Shown in pieces: positions 1 to 10,744 of a stretch of DNA of 64,000 nucleotides (the first letter of the stretch is position 1; each line of letters begins with the position of its first letter). The DNA is taken from the IMG/VR virus record IMGVR_UViG_3300010371_000035; one strand, 5' to 3'. This DNA comes from an uncultured virus (IMG/VR IMGVR_UViG_3300010371_000035) (taxonomy: Duplodnaviria > Heunggongvirae > Uroviricota > Caudoviricetes). A model generated the notes under the pieces. The model searched no databases. It was not told the DNA's origin and saw only the letters and a list, made by a program, of their open reading frames with translations. A program made the position numbers and the translations under genes.

Positions 1-1
1 G

Positions 2-931
2 TTCATCGATCTGCTGGAGGGTGAAACCCTGCGCAATCGGCTGGCAACCGATGACCTCTTGGTCTACATGAAGACCCTGAACATGCGCGGCAAGATCGCC
101 GCCGGATCGAGCGCGTTCAACGAACTCCCCGGTGCCGATCTGTCGATGAACATGATCAGCGCGCCAACCTATCTCCTTCGCACTCGTGCGGAGTGGGATC
201 ATCACGACGTGGCGGCGGGCGGCCGCTGGGGTCTCGCGGTTCCGGAGGGCTATCGTCTGGCTCTTCGCCAGACCAACTACCAGCTCTGCCGTGACTTCGC
301 GCTCTATGGCGGCAAGCCGCAGTACGGTGAGGGCATCGTCAATGCTCCCGGCGCGACTGCGATCAACCTCCCGCCGGACAGCGGCGGGCACACCACCGCC
401 AGCACCTACGACAACGGCGAGATGGCCTTCTTCCTGATGCAGCTGATCCTGGGCCTCAAGACCAGGACCTATCAGCTGGGTCTCGGCAAGAAGTTCTCCA
501 TCGTCGGCCCGCAGCGCATCCTGGGACTCTTCGAATACAACGTCGTCCAGGTCACGCAGTTCCAGCGTCCCGGCGCTGGTACCGCTTCGACCAAGGAGAC
601 CTTCGAGGCAGTGCTCCAGGCCAACGGCGATCGGATCACTTGGGGGTACGACGATACTCTCCAAGGTCAGGGCGCCGGTGGAACGGATCTCGTCATCGTG
701 GATATGGCTGGCGTCGATCAGCCGTCCACTGGCGGAATCAACACCAACGTCTTTGCTGGGATTACGCCGGGCACTGGCGTCTGCGTGACTCAGTACTGCG
801 ACAAGGCCGCTCCCACGGAGATCATCTCCCCACTCCCTGCGGGTGCGACGGACATGGTCACCGAGTGGCGCATCTCGCCCGGCTGGGCACCGCGCCCTCA
901 GGCGGTGACTCTGCTGAGCATCGCGCCGTGA
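2..931 (+). CDS. Major capsid protein (5'-truncated by window edge)
   Basis: Frame is open from position 2 (FIDLLEGETLRNRL...). It is the first gene of a head-neck-tail operon, has strongly biased codon usage and is followed by a hairpin/T-run. Product inferred from position and resemblance to myovirus capsid proteins. Confidence 0.7.
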   Translation, partial: FIDLLEGETLRNRLATDDLLVYMKTLNMRGKIAAGSSAFNELPGADLSMNMISAPTYLLRTRAEWDHHDVAAGGRWGLAVPEGYRLALRQTNYQLCRDFALYGGKPQYGEGIVNAPGATAINLPPDSGGHTTASTYDNGEMAFFLMQLILGLKTRTYQLGLGKKFSIVGPQRILGLFEYNVVQVTQFQRPGAGTASTKETFEAVLQANGDRITWGYDDTLQGQGAGGTDLVIVDMAGVDQPSTGGINTNVFAGITPGTGVCVTQYCDKAAPTEIISPLPAGATDMVTEWRISPGWAPRPQAVTLLSIAP

Positions 932-1011
932 TCTAGCGAGCCTTGAACCAGCCGGGGGTTCCGTGCAGGGCCGTGGGAATCGGCCCACTCTTTTAGAAGC
1001 AGGAGAAGATC

Positions 1012-1584
1012 ATGCGTTTGTTCGTTGCCAATGTGACTCATCAACGTTGCCAGTTTTTCTATCGCCTTGATTTCAATCAAGAAGGGACGGCCCGCATGCG
1101 GGCCCAGAATGACGTCAAGAGCGTGATCATCGAACCCGGCCGTCAAGTCACCATCGGTGGAGATCTGATGCCCGAGCAGGCTCAGTTGATCATGGACCAA
1201 GCTTCCCTCTATGGTGGTGTTGGCGTCGAGGAAATCCCTCGCCTGGACAATAACAAGAAGGTAGTCTTCTTGCTATCGTTCGGCAAGGAGATCCCGATGA
1301 AACAGATTCGAATGATGGATGAGCACAACAAGTTTCTGCTCACGGGTCTGGGGGATACTCGTCGCCGCATGGCGGCCATCGCCATGCATCCAATCGTGGA
1401 CCAGCAGATCGATAGTCTCAAACGTCTTGACGTAGAGATGGTCGAAGCTCCGCCGGAGCCGGGAGATCCCGAGCCTGTCGGCAAGCCACTGGACTTCGGA
1501 GTCCACCTCGATCCCAATGCGCGCGTGGAGAGCAAGACCAAACCGCCTAAAGCAAGGAAGTCCCGCCGCCCACGCGGAGAATAA
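1012..1584 (+). CDS. Virion morphogenesis protein, unknown function
   Basis: AGGAG RBS, 190 aa, lies between capsid and neck genes. Confidence 0.6.
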   Translation: MRLFVANVTHQRCQFFYRLDFNQEGTARMRAQNDVKSVIIEPGRQVTIGGDLMPEQAQLIMDQASLYGGVGVEEIPRLDNNKKVVFLLSFGKEIPMKQIRMMDEHNKFLLTGLGDTRRRMAAIAMHPIVDQQIDSLKRLDVEMVEAPPEPGDPEPVGKPLDFGVHLDPNARVESKTKPPKARKSRRPRGE

Positions 1585-1585
1585 G

Positions 1586-1813
1586 ATGCATCTCACCTTG
1601 AAGTTGCGAAACCAGAGCGCCGACCGCACATTCATAGTCGGCTGCAATTCGGTGGACATCCTCGCCAACGGCAAAGGCTACCACGTCCGAGCCTTCAAGG
1701 AAGAGGATGCCATCGAGGATTTCTACGTAGGCGGTGACGAGTATGACATCGCCTACGTTGAGAATTTCAACGGTGCTACCACGCACATCATAAAGCCGAG
1801 GGCCCAGAAATGA
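1586..1813 (+). CDS. Hypothetical protein (75 aa)
   Basis: GGAG RBS, ATG 1 nt after the upstream stop, ATGA overlap with next gene. Confidence 0.6.
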   Translation: MHLTLKLRNQSADRTFIVGCNSVDILANGKGYHVRAFKEEDAIEDFYVGGDEYDIAYVENFNGATTHIIKPRAQK

Positions 1814-2343
1814 GCGGACCAATCCTTGGTGTACCCGCCAATCCTCCCGCGCGGGCGACCGGCTACTATGGATTCATCAGATACAGCATGGGCATCCCTG
1901 TGGTTGCCCTTCCTGACAATAGCGACGTGATCTCTGCGTCGTTCTTTGCGTCGCTGGATATCGTTAACATCTTCCTGGCTATGGCTCCGCAGAATGCGCA
2001 GAGTCTGAATTTCCCCAGTCCATACGCTTATGCGGTCTACAACTTCGCTGGCGACCGCTTGGTCAATTTCGCCATGGACGATCCGGACAACCCTTATATC
2101 TACCCGAACAGTTCCCCACCGACACCTTACTTCCAGTGGCTTCGTCAGCAGTTCAAGATTGACAGCTTCGTCTCCGGCGTCGTCACGTATGCGGCCGACG
2201 TCACGACGAGCGCCAGCTACATGACGCCCAACTGGATGAAAGACATGTCGATGATGGACCTGAGCACGCTTAAGACTCCCTGGGGTCGGACCTACATGGC
2301 GATAGCTCAACAGTATGGACCAACCATTGTGGACATAACATGA
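1810..2343 (+). CDS. Head-tail adaptor/connector protein
   Basis: C-terminal TPWGRTY motif typical of DUF4054-like adaptors; position in operon. Confidence 0.6.
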   Translation: MSGPILGVPANPPARATGYYGFIRYSMGIPVVALPDNSDVISASFFASLDIVNIFLAMAPQNAQSLNFPSPYAYAVYNFAGDRLVNFAMDDPDNPYIYPNSSPPTPYFQWLRQQFKIDSFVSGVVTYAADVTTSASYMTPNWMKDMSMMDLSTLKTPWGRTYMAIAQQYGPTIVDIT

Positions 2344-2810
2344 AGATCGAATTTGGCGTCCTTGATGTTCCCTACAATGCGCGAGCGTCCTATAAACAAG
2401 TCGGACGACGAGCCGGACCCCGTCGTATCAGAACAGGAGCCACGATCACCACCGGGCAGTTGTCTGATATCCTTGAGCGTCGATATGGCATCGTCAATTT
2501 CTTTCTCAATGTCCATGGCGAGGAAGTCATTGGCGGGCTCATCGAAGCTGAGATGCTCAATGCCGCTCGGCCCGAGTCTGGTCGCGGCAGCCGGACGGAT
2601 CATCTGGCGAAAGCGATTGCCAGAGGCGAACAGATTTTCAGAAACATGCTCGACAACAAGGAATTGGACGGGCAAGTCGAAGGCGTTCCGACCATGGCAG
2701 CAGAGCTAGGCTATCGCTTCGGTCGGAAGAACGCGATCGGCGGCCGTCCTTCCTTTGTCGATACCGGGCTGTACCGGGATTCCTTTAGGATCCAGGTCGA
2801 GGAGAGCTAA
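2340..2810 (+). CDS. Neck/tail-completion protein
   Basis: C-terminal RPSFVDTGLYRDSF motif typical of phage neck proteins. Confidence 0.65.
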   Translation: MKIEFGVLDVPYNARASYKQVGRRAGPRRIRTGATITTGQLSDILERRYGIVNFFLNVHGEEVIGGLIEAEMLNAARPESGRGSRTDHLAKAIARGEQIFRNMLDNKELDGQVEGVPTMAAELGYRFGRKNAIGGRPSFVDTGLYRDSFRIQVEES

Positions 2811-3130
2811 TGTTTACCCAGAAAGAAGTAGATGCCAATCCGACCTTGTTCTCATATAACATGAAAACAGGGTACAAACTTCTCGGAGCGCCCCGGCTTC
2901 CTTCATCCCCCGTGGGGCCTGCTTCTGCATGTGAGCCCAGCTTCCCAGCCGATAACGAAAGCTGGCATTTCATTATCCCGCCAAACCAGCCAGACACTGC
3001 CAAGGTTCGGGCGCAATGGATCCCGAAGCTCAAAGCCTGGAAGCCGCCTCTTGAGGCACAGGGACGCCGTGTTGCTTTCAGCAGCCAGTATCTGGCAGCG
3101 CACGGCTGGATTTATGGGGAGGCTGAATAG
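2810..3130 (+). CDS. Hypothetical protein
   Basis: GGAG RBS, translationally coupled on both sides. Confidence 0.55.
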   Translation: MFTQKEVDANPTLFSYNMKTGYKLLGAPRLPSSPVGPASACEPSFPADNESWHFIIPPNQPDTAKVRAQWIPKLKAWKPPLEAQGRRVAFSSQYLAAHGWIYGEAE

Positions 3131-4174
3131 ATGCCCAGCGTCGAAGAAGCAGCCCAAGGTCCGAATACCAATCTTGCTGCAGACCTGCAGCAGGGTGTCG
3201 AGACCATCAGCCTGAATCAGACAATAACCTTTGAACCGTACGTCCGTCTGATCCTTCCGTTAGACGGCTATGTGTTCTGGGTAAAGAAATCCTCGATGGG
3301 CGATTCAGCAATGCTGAACATGATGGGTTTCAATTCAGCAGAGCCCAACTCGAGTTCTCTCACGACAAGCCCGTCTGCCTTCCAAGCCAAAGGCTCTCTG
3401 CACTACACGACAGATGGAGGACAGTCTGAAGAAGCGAACAGCAGCCGGAACCGTGTGGTCTTTACAGCCGAGGAACCGATCCAGGACTTGAACGCCATCG
3501 ACAGCCAGATACTCTACATCGGTACATGGGAAGGAGTTCGGTTTGCATTCTCGAACCGTAATTCCTATTATCAACAAGCGGGACTCTGGCACTACACCGG
3601 CAGCGCTCTATATTCGACCATGGACCCCCAGATCGTCGAGGACCCAAACACGTTGCTGAACAAAGGGCTCATAGTCTCGAACAGCTTGCCGTCATGGCTG
3701 TCGCTCAACAACTACAATCCACCATGGCCGGTCCCGGTGCCGATGCCCAACATCCGATTCTATCCGTCGTTCCTTACACCGGACAATATCGATCCTCCAT
3801 TCATATCGGTCCATATTGAGCCTCGGTCTGGTGGTTCATGGCAGGCTCTGCCACACTTGGATGCTCTGACCAACCAGTCTCAGCTTGGTTGGGATCGTGT
3901 GACTCTTACGCTATTCGGCTGCAACAATCGGATGGCAGAAGATATCTACTATGCGATCATGCAATACAGCTATGACGAAGAGGCGTTCGGCATCTTGAAC
4001 ATGCCTGACATCTCCGACGAAAAGGAACCGCAGGTCGAATTCCATACGCTGGCTCAGAAGAAAAAGATAGTCTTCGATGTCAGCTATACCAAGGGCACCA
4101 TGCGGGACATTGCGCGTCAACTGATTACCTCGTGCATCCCCACAGTCGATACGTGGGACCAGCCGAGTTCCTAG
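3131..4174 (+). CDS. Head-closure/tail-terminator protein (possibly fused domains)
   Basis: 347 aa, upstream of the sheath gene; inferred from synteny. Confidence 0.5.
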   Translation: MPSVEEAAQGPNTNLAADLQQGVETISLNQTITFEPYVRLILPLDGYVFWVKKSSMGDSAMLNMMGFNSAEPNSSSLTTSPSAFQAKGSLHYTTDGGQSEEANSSRNRVVFTAEEPIQDLNAIDSQILYIGTWEGVRFAFSNRNSYYQQAGLWHYTGSALYSTMDPQIVEDPNTLLNKGLIVSNSLPSWLSLNNYNPPWPVPVPMPNIRFYPSFLTPDNIDPPFISVHIEPRSGGSWQALPHLDALTNQSQLGWDRVTLTLFGCNNRMAEDIYYAIMQYSYDEEAFGILNMPDISDEKEPQVEFHTLAQKKKIVFDVSYTKGTMRDIARQLITSCIPTVDTWDQPSS

Positions 4175-4209
4175 AAGAAGGAAATTCATTAACTCTCAGG
4201 AGATCTTAA

Positions 4210-4497
4210 ATGCCTCAAAATCGTCCAGTCCAGTTCGGGATTCTGCGCCGGAGTCTTACGGCACCGGCAGTGCTGAAGTCCAAGCCCGGCATTCTGCTCT
4301 ATGTCGTCTGCTTGCAAAACGGGTCGATCACGCTCAACAACTGCGCCACGGTCGGCGCAGCCAGCGGCGGCAATCAACTCGCCGGGACTCCAGCCACCTT
4401 GACCGCCGGTCAAGTCCTTCCTCTCAATCTCGCCTGCACTGTGGGCATCGTTGCGAGCGCCGTCACCGGTCAGTTCGACGTTCTGATGTCCTCGTGA
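4210..4497 (+). CDS. Small beta-rich virion protein
   Basis: AGGAG RBS, 95 aa. Confidence 0.55.
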   Translation: MPQNRPVQFGILRRSLTAPAVLKSKPGILLYVVCLQNGSITLNNCATVGAASGGNQLAGTPATLTAGQVLPLNLACTVGIVASAVTGQFDVLMSS

Positions 4498-4521
4498 TAT
4501 TGGTCGAAAGGAATCTAGCCT

Positions 4522-6173
4522 ATGACCAATCCCATTGTCAACGTTAGCGTCACGCAGACGCAAGCACCGATTCCAAGCAACTTGCAGAAGACCGGTGCAC
4601 TGATCAGTCAAGGTGGCACTCTGCTCTCGGCGGGCCAATACAGCTTGCTCACGCAGATGGCCGACTTGACACCTCTGCTCGTAGCCGCACAACCTCTCAC
4701 GTCACTCACCTGGTCTTCGGCCTTTGGTGGGCAGGTGACGGCAACCACTTCGGCTCCGCATGGCATCGCTGTCGGTGAGCAATTTCCAACGACGATTGCC
4801 GGAGCAGTGCCCGCTGGATACAACGGTATGTTCAACGCAACCGCTGTTTCCTCGACCACGTTCACCTATTACCTCTCGCCCAATCCAGGCGTCGAGTCTA
4901 GCCCCGGCACCTACACTCCCAAGTCAGCTGGTGAGCTTTACCAGATGGCGAATACGTTCTTCTCTCAACAGGGGAGCGCGCAGGGAGTGTATGTGTTGGA
5001 GCTGGGACCGGGTGAAGCCGCGGCTGGTGTCTCGTTGCTCACGAGCATCATCCAGAACTCGCCACAGTTCTTCTACAGCTATCTGGTGCCTCGGTCGTGG
5101 GATGCTGATCCTGCGTTTGTGGCATTGCTGAATGACTTCGAGGCTACGACTTCCAAGACGTACTTCTTCGTCACGACGCAGATCCAGAACTATGCCAACT
5201 ATACTGGCAAGAAGGACGTAATTGCTCTAGTAGAGGCTCCGACCTACAACGCATGGCCGAGCGTCGCCATCAGCGCCGCCACATGGTCCGGCTCTTCGGA
5301 TCAAGTGACTCTGACGACGGCTTCGGCTCATGGCATTGCACCGGGCCAGCAATTCAATCTACAGGGCGTTGTTCCGGTTGGATACAACGGCACCTTCAGG
5401 GCGATGCCGGGGACCACTGGCACTGCACTTGTCTACAATCTGCCAAACGATCCGGGCTCTTACGTCTCTGGAGGTTCTGTACTCCAGAGCATCTACAGCG
5501 CACCGGTTCTCCCGGCAAACGAGTTCACGCATGCTTCGGATTTCTTCGTGACACTGGCCTACGATCCAGGTCCCGCCAATCGGGTCCCGCAGTTGCCTTC
5601 AGCTACCTGTACGGCGTCACGACTTACCCGTTGCTTGGGAATTCGGCAATCCTCACGACGATTGGAGCCGCCAGTGTCAACTATGCTGGCACTGGAGCAG
5701 AAGGCGGCCAACCGACCAGCCAGATCCTATTCAATGGTCTGACCATGGATGGGCGTCCATTCAACTATTGGTACTCGGTTGACTGGGTGCAGATCAACGC
5801 CAAGTTGTTCATCGCCAATGCCGTCATCAACGGATCGAACACGACGATCAACCCGCTGTACTACAATCAGGACGGTATCAACCGTCTGCAGCAGGCTCTG
5901 GTTGGAATGGTCGGTTCGGGCATCACCTCGGGCTTGATCCTTGGCAATGTGGTCCAGCTAAGTCTGGATGGACCGACACTCGCTAAGGTTCTCAGCACCG
6001 GCAAGTATGCCGGACAGGCCGTGGTGAACGCCGTACCGTTCCCGGCATATGCCAAGGCCAATCCTTCCCACTACCGGCTTGGTATCTACAACGGTTTGAG
6101 CATCACGTTCACACCGCTGGCCGGTTTCCGGTCGATCACCGTGTTCATCAACGTCACCGATTTCGTCGGGTAA
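4522..6173 (+). CDS. Contractile tail sheath protein, interrupted by a -1 frameshift at ~5593
   Basis: ORF 4522-5742 reads as sheath up to NRVPQ. ORF 5253-6173 continues AFSYLYGVT...YWYSVDWVQIN...NPLYYNQDGINRLQ, a DUF3383-like sheath C-terminus. Confidence 0.8.
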
Positions 6174-6188
6174 CAGAAGGAGAATTAG

Positions 6189-6647
6189 ATGCCCGATCCA
6201 CGTACTCCGCAGGGCAACCTGAATAGGATCAAAGCCACCGTGCTTTGGACCGACTTCACGGATCTCAATATCACGCCTGACTACCTCGGAACCGAAGGTA
6301 TTTCCCTCGCCTTCGAAGACACGGCCACTGGACGCATCCCGACCATGACTGGTTTGGTCAATTCGCCGGAGGCTTATCAGACGGTGACGCTCAGCGCACA
6401 CCTTCTGAAGACGCAACAACTGGCTCAGCTCTATGAAGAGCAACGCCAAGCCTACACGCTCTTGGGTGAATGCACCGTTCGCCCGGACGTATCGATCAAC
6501 AACGCCGGTTCGCTCGGACCCTACAACTTGCTGAATATGAGCATCACCAACATTCAGGAGTTGCGGTTCAACGGATCCGACGCGGGCTTCCGCGTTATCC
6601 TTGGCGGCTACTACATCATCAACTCGCAACTGTGGGATGGGGGCTGA
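6189..6647 (+). CDS. Tail tube protein
   Basis: 152 aa directly after the sheath, AAGGAG RBS. Confidence 0.75.
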   Translation: MPDPRTPQGNLNRIKATVLWTDFTDLNITPDYLGTEGISLAFEDTATGRIPTMTGLVNSPEAYQTVTLSAHLLKTQQLAQLYEEQRQAYTLLGECTVRPDVSINNAGSLGPYNLLNMSITNIQELRFNGSDAGFRVILGGYYIINSQLWDGG

Positions 6648-6687
6648 CGCCCCCTTCTCTCCTTTTTAGAAGCAGAAGGACTGTGAC

Positions 6688-7278
6688 ATGGCAACCAATC
6701 CAATTCTTGACAAGCGTCTGAATCTCGTTCTAGAAGTCGAGCGGCCCGATGGATCCACGTGCTACGTGCATCATCAGCCGATCTCTCGGCAGATGTGGAA
6801 GACTCACTACACTTATCTTTCCATCGTGATCAACAGCCTCTACGCCGATGGGTTTCCTCCTTCGACATGCGCCCGCATCTGCTACAATCGGATGCAAGAG
6901 ATCGCCGAGCAACAGAAGGAACGCTTTGGCGATCTGCAGAAGACCCTGTTCGCTGAGATCTGGCGTCTGACAAACGTCATGGTCCCAGGCGACAACGGAC
7001 TCGAGACCATGTCGTTCTATGACGTCATGAAAAGCGACAAGATCTTCGACGCTGACAATCTCGAAGAGGTTCAGAACTTCGTTTGCTTTTTTACTGCGGC
7101 CTCGTGGGTCCATGGCCTGAATCGAAAGGAACGCGAGGCATTCCAACTTCTGATGACGAGCGGCTTTGGCGTGCAGACTACTGCATCTTCTGTTACGGAG
7201 TACAAGAGTTCTATTCCGATCTCGAAACCGGAAGAGAATACTGGCGCGAAGGAGACTCCGTTGTTCACGCCAGCTTAG
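6688..7278 (+). CDS. Tail assembly chaperone (possible frameshifted extension to 7403)
   Basis: Between tube and tape measure; an overlapping -1 frame is open to 7403. Confidence 0.65.
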   Translation: MATNPILDKRLNLVLEVERPDGSTCYVHHQPISRQMWKTHYTYLSIVINSLYADGFPPSTCARICYNRMQEIAEQQKERFGDLQKTLFAEIWRLTNVMVPGDNGLETMSFYDVMKSDKIFDADNLEEVQNFVCFFTAASWVHGLNRKEREAFQLLMTSGFGVQTTASSVTEYKSSIPISKPEENTGAKETPLFTPA

Positions 7279-7402
7279 ACTGGGTGGCCAACGAAGGATT
7301 CAACGAGTACTTCAAACGATATGCTGCTGACTGGCCCTGGACAACTTCCAGGGCCTTTCGGCAACGAGAAGTCATCGCGCTCGGGATGCGAGGAGAACTA
7401 TA

Positions 7403-9496
7403 ATGGCAATCAATCTTCACGCCACTGCCACGGTTGATGTTCAGGCGCAGCATTTTCAGCAGTTCCTGCAAAACTTCAACCAGTTCCAAACAAACCTGAA
7501 TAAAGTCCCGGGTCAGTGGCAGAACATCAATCGTGCCAGCATTCTGGCGACAGCGCAGATGCGCAACGCCACAATGCAGATGCAACAGAGCACTCAGGCG
7601 ACCACTTCTAATGTGAACTCGCTCGGAGCTGCTCTGCAACGTGCATCTTACAATGCCGCCAATCTGACGCGTCGCCTTGGCGGCGCACTCGGGATTGGTG
7701 GCCGGACGCAGACTGGATCGGGCTCTACTGGTACGCATCCACTGGCCGGTGGGGCACCGGCTAATGCTGCGCCAGCGGCAGCCCCGGCGGGCGGAGGAAC
7801 CGTCCCTCCTACTGTCCCACCGCCTCCTCGGAATCCTCGTGGAGCTTATGGTCGTGGACGATTCTACGAGCGGGGTGGTGGATTCTTCGGCGCCACCAGT
7901 TTCTTCCAGCGAAATCTCGGACTCATTGGCAGCACTCTTCTAGGGGGTGGGGCCTTGTATGGCATGGGGGCGCTGGCGGGCAGCGCGAGTGCTGATCGTA
8001 AATTCTATCAAGGTGTTGGATCTGATTACGGAACTGTCAAGTCATATGAGCTTGCGTACAACCGTCTATTCAGCGGCAAGGAATATCTGTCACGAATTGC
8101 CGATGCGCAGACGGGCGTCAGCAGTGATCAGAGGACTGCGCTCTACACCCTCGGTGTAGATCCTACTCTTAGCACAAATCAAGCGGCAAACGCTGCTCTG
8201 CTAAACCTCCGTAATCGGACTAAAGGCATGGACCCGACGACTCTCGGGAACTATGCTAACTCTAATAGATGGACCAGCCTGTTCTCCATGCAGGACATCC
8301 GGCGCATCGCCGGAGCCTCTGACCAGGAGTTTCAGGAGCAGTACCAGAAACAAGTAGATGAAGCCGCACGACTTCAATTGCAAGACGAGTCTGTCAAGGC
8401 TTGGCAGGACCTCAACGATAAGTTGAAACAGACATCAGCTTATCTCGAACATGACTTCCTCGATGCCTTCAAAGGGCTGACAGGGCCGATCGGGAATCTT
8501 GCTACTGCTTCTGGCAATGCTGCCGCTGCGCTTCTCAAGACTGAATCGGCGGCCTATGCCATCGCGGCTTTGGGCAGTTCGTTGGATCATCTAGCTCGGT
8601 TCATCAATGCCTTTACGAAGTCCGAGCAGAAGTACGATCCCAAGAACCCGATGCCGAACGCGAATAATCCCAATTCTAGTTTCACAGATAAACTCGGAGA
8701 AGCTTTGAGTTGGTATCGTCGCATCTTCGGTGGCGGCATTGGGAATCCGGGAACAGCTTCGGGACTCAATACTCTGGGTGGTGCGAGCTCCGGTAAGACC
8801 ATCGGCAAATGGTGGGAGTCCGCCAAAGGTTCCGTCAAAGGCTGGGCAGGCCGCGCGCTTGACTGGACCATGGGCGGAGTCGGAAAGGGCATCGCTGGAT
8901 TTTCCAACGCCATCAGTGGTGCCCGTTCTGCCTACGACAATTTCAAGATCGGTGGTGGAAGCGGGGCTCCCAGCTTTTCACTCGCCACACCAAACTTGGA
9001 AAGCGGCGATCAGGCTATCCTGAAGACACTGATTGGCCTCGAAGCTGGTCCGCAAGGTTATGGATCGCTTGGCAAGAGAACTCCAAGCGGCGACCGCGCC
9101 TATGGCATGTATCAAGTCATGGGCAACAACGTTGCTTCATGGACCCAGAAATGGGTCGGCCGTTCCATGACTCCCGATGAATTCTTGGGTGATCCGAGAG
9201 CACAAGACGCCGTGGCGCTCGGACAATTCAAGGAATACATGCAGCGATATGGAACAGTCGTAGACGCCATGGCCGCTTGGAAATCGGGTCAACCATATGC
9301 CGTGTCCAAAGGCTGGGGAGATCCCACTGCCGGAGACAACGTTCAGTCCTATGTTCAGAAAGGCATCGGGATCTACAATAGCCAACCGGGCGTGACCAAA
9401 GTGGATATTTCACTCTATAATCAGACCGGCACTGGCGTCGGCACGAGCGCCAGCACCACTGCCGTCCCTCAGGGAATTATCATCAATCAATTCTAG
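7403..9496 (+). CDS. Tape measure protein with C-terminal lysozyme-like/lytic transglycosylase domain
   Basis: Ala/Gly/Gln-rich helical N-terminus; C-terminal LIGLEAG...AYGMYQVM...PRAQDAVA motif. Confidence 0.8.
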   Translation: MAINLHATATVDVQAQHFQQFLQNFNQFQTNLNKVPGQWQNINRASILATAQMRNATMQMQQSTQATTSNVNSLGAALQRASYNAANLTRRLGGALGIGGRTQTGSGSTGTHPLAGGAPANAAPAAAPAGGGTVPPTVPPPPRNPRGAYGRGRFYERGGGFFGATSFFQRNLGLIGSTLLGGGALYGMGALAGSASADRKFYQGVGSDYGTVKSYELAYNRLFSGKEYLSRIADAQTGVSSDQRTALYTLGVDPTLSTNQAANAALLNLRNRTKGMDPTTLGNYANSNRWTSLFSMQDIRRIAGASDQEFQEQYQKQVDEAARLQLQDESVKAWQDLNDKLKQTSAYLEHDFLDAFKGLTGPIGNLATASGNAAAALLKTESAAYAIAALGSSLDHLARFINAFTKSEQKYDPKNPMPNANNPNSSFTDKLGEALSWYRRIFGGGIGNPGTASGLNTLGGASSGKTIGKWWESAKGSVKGWAGRALDWTMGGVGKGIAGFSNAISGARSAYDNFKIGGGSGAPSFSLATPNLESGDQAILKTLIGLEAGPQGYGSLGKRTPSGDRAYGMYQVMGNNVASWTQKWVGRSMTPDEFLGDPRAQDAVALGQFKEYMQRYGTVVDAMAAWKSGQPYAVSKGWGDPTAGDNVQSYVQKGIGIYNSQPGVTKVDISLYNQTGTGVGTSASTTAVPQGIIINQF

Positions 9497-9503
9497 GTGA
9501 ACT

Positions 9504-10250
9504 ATGTCCGGTATGTCTGCAGGGTTGTCAGCTTTCAAACTAGCTTTTGAACTGTCGCCCATCATTCTTACTGGAGGTGTCGTCGGCAGCTTTCCGGGAG
9601 CGGCCATCCCGATCATGGCCGTCACCGAAGCTGCCAACTTCCCTTTCAGCATGCTCTCAGGTTCGCAAGGACTCAACCTCGATAGTTTCTTTGCGCACTA
9701 TCAAGTGCTGCCTGGATCTACTCTGATCCAGCAAGATATTGGCCGCTATCCATTTGCCAATGCGACCATTGCTGCCAATGCCGTGATCGTCAATCCAAAC
9801 CAAGTCTCGCTCATGATGATCTGCCCGATGCAGAACAAATTGGGTTGGACCGAGAAGCTGGCGATCATGACTGGCTTAAAGTTTCTATTCGACAAGCACA
9901 ACATCATGGGCGGGACCTACACGATCTTGACTCCGTCCTATGTCTACACCAACTGCGTCATGCGGGGCTTCCATGACGCATCGAGCCAGTTGACCAAGCA
10001 AGTGCAGAATGCCTATCAGCTAGACTTCGAGAAGCCGTTGCTGACACAGGACGATGCGACCGCAATGTTGAATACGATCACCTCGGCTATCAAGTCTGGT
10101 GCCGGTGCGGTCACCGATGTCTTCGGGCTCGAAAACATGACGTCTCAGGTTTCCACCTTGCTGCCCGGTATCGTGCCTGCCACTGCAGGCCAAACCGCCG
10201 CGCAGACACTCGGGTCTGTCCCCGGCATTGCCGGACCGTGGGGGACTTAA
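9504..10250 (+). CDS. Baseplate/tail-tube initiator protein
   Basis: Position after tape measure. Confidence 0.6.
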   Translation: MSGMSAGLSAFKLAFELSPIILTGGVVGSFPGAAIPIMAVTEAANFPFSMLSGSQGLNLDSFFAHYQVLPGSTLIQQDIGRYPFANATIAANAVIVNPNQVSLMMICPMQNKLGWTEKLAIMTGLKFLFDKHNIMGGTYTILTPSYVYTNCVMRGFHDASSQLTKQVQNAYQLDFEKPLLTQDDATAMLNTITSAIKSGAGAVTDVFGLENMTSQVSTLLPGIVPATAGQTAAQTLGSVPGIAGPWGT

Positions 10251-10744
10251 TGACTACTTACGTTCAATTCTCTCCGCAGCCGACACAGGCTTTTTCCTTC
10301 TCAGCGCTCCTAGACGGGCAAGGTATCACTTGTCAAGTACCATGGAGTTTGTTTGGAAATCGCTGGTACTTGACCATGACCGATGCCAACGGGTTTCTGT
10401 TTTGCACCAGAGCCCTTGCCGCTTCAGCTGATCCGATCCCGATCAAGAACATCGAATGGCACCAGGACAATGGTATTTTGGTCGAGACCATCGCCCCGCA
10501 TCTGTTCGACTATATGCAGACCTGCTACTTGACTCTCAGTGGTGCCACGCCTGCAACGTTGAACGGTTTGTGGTCGTGTTTCATTCTCAGCCCGACCACT
10601 TTCATATTTCAGTATCCGACCGATCCCGGAGCAATCACCAGTTTTGGGCAGGTTAGCTCCGACATCAATCTGGCGGCCGGATACTTCAGTGTCTCTACTC
10701 TCGTGTTTCGCCAGAGCACTCAGCTCTTCGAGATTGGACCATGA
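10250..10744 (+). CDS. Baseplate protein with inserted beta-domain
   Basis: WSLFGNRWY motif and INLAAGYF tail; TAATG coupling. Confidence 0.6.
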   Translation: MTTYVQFSPQPTQAFSFSALLDGQGITCQVPWSLFGNRWYLTMTDANGFLFCTRALAASADPIPIKNIEWHQDNGILVETIAPHLFDYMQTCYLTLSGATPATLNGLWSCFILSPTTFIFQYPTDPGAITSFGQVSSDINLAAGYFSVSTLVFRQSTQLFEIGP

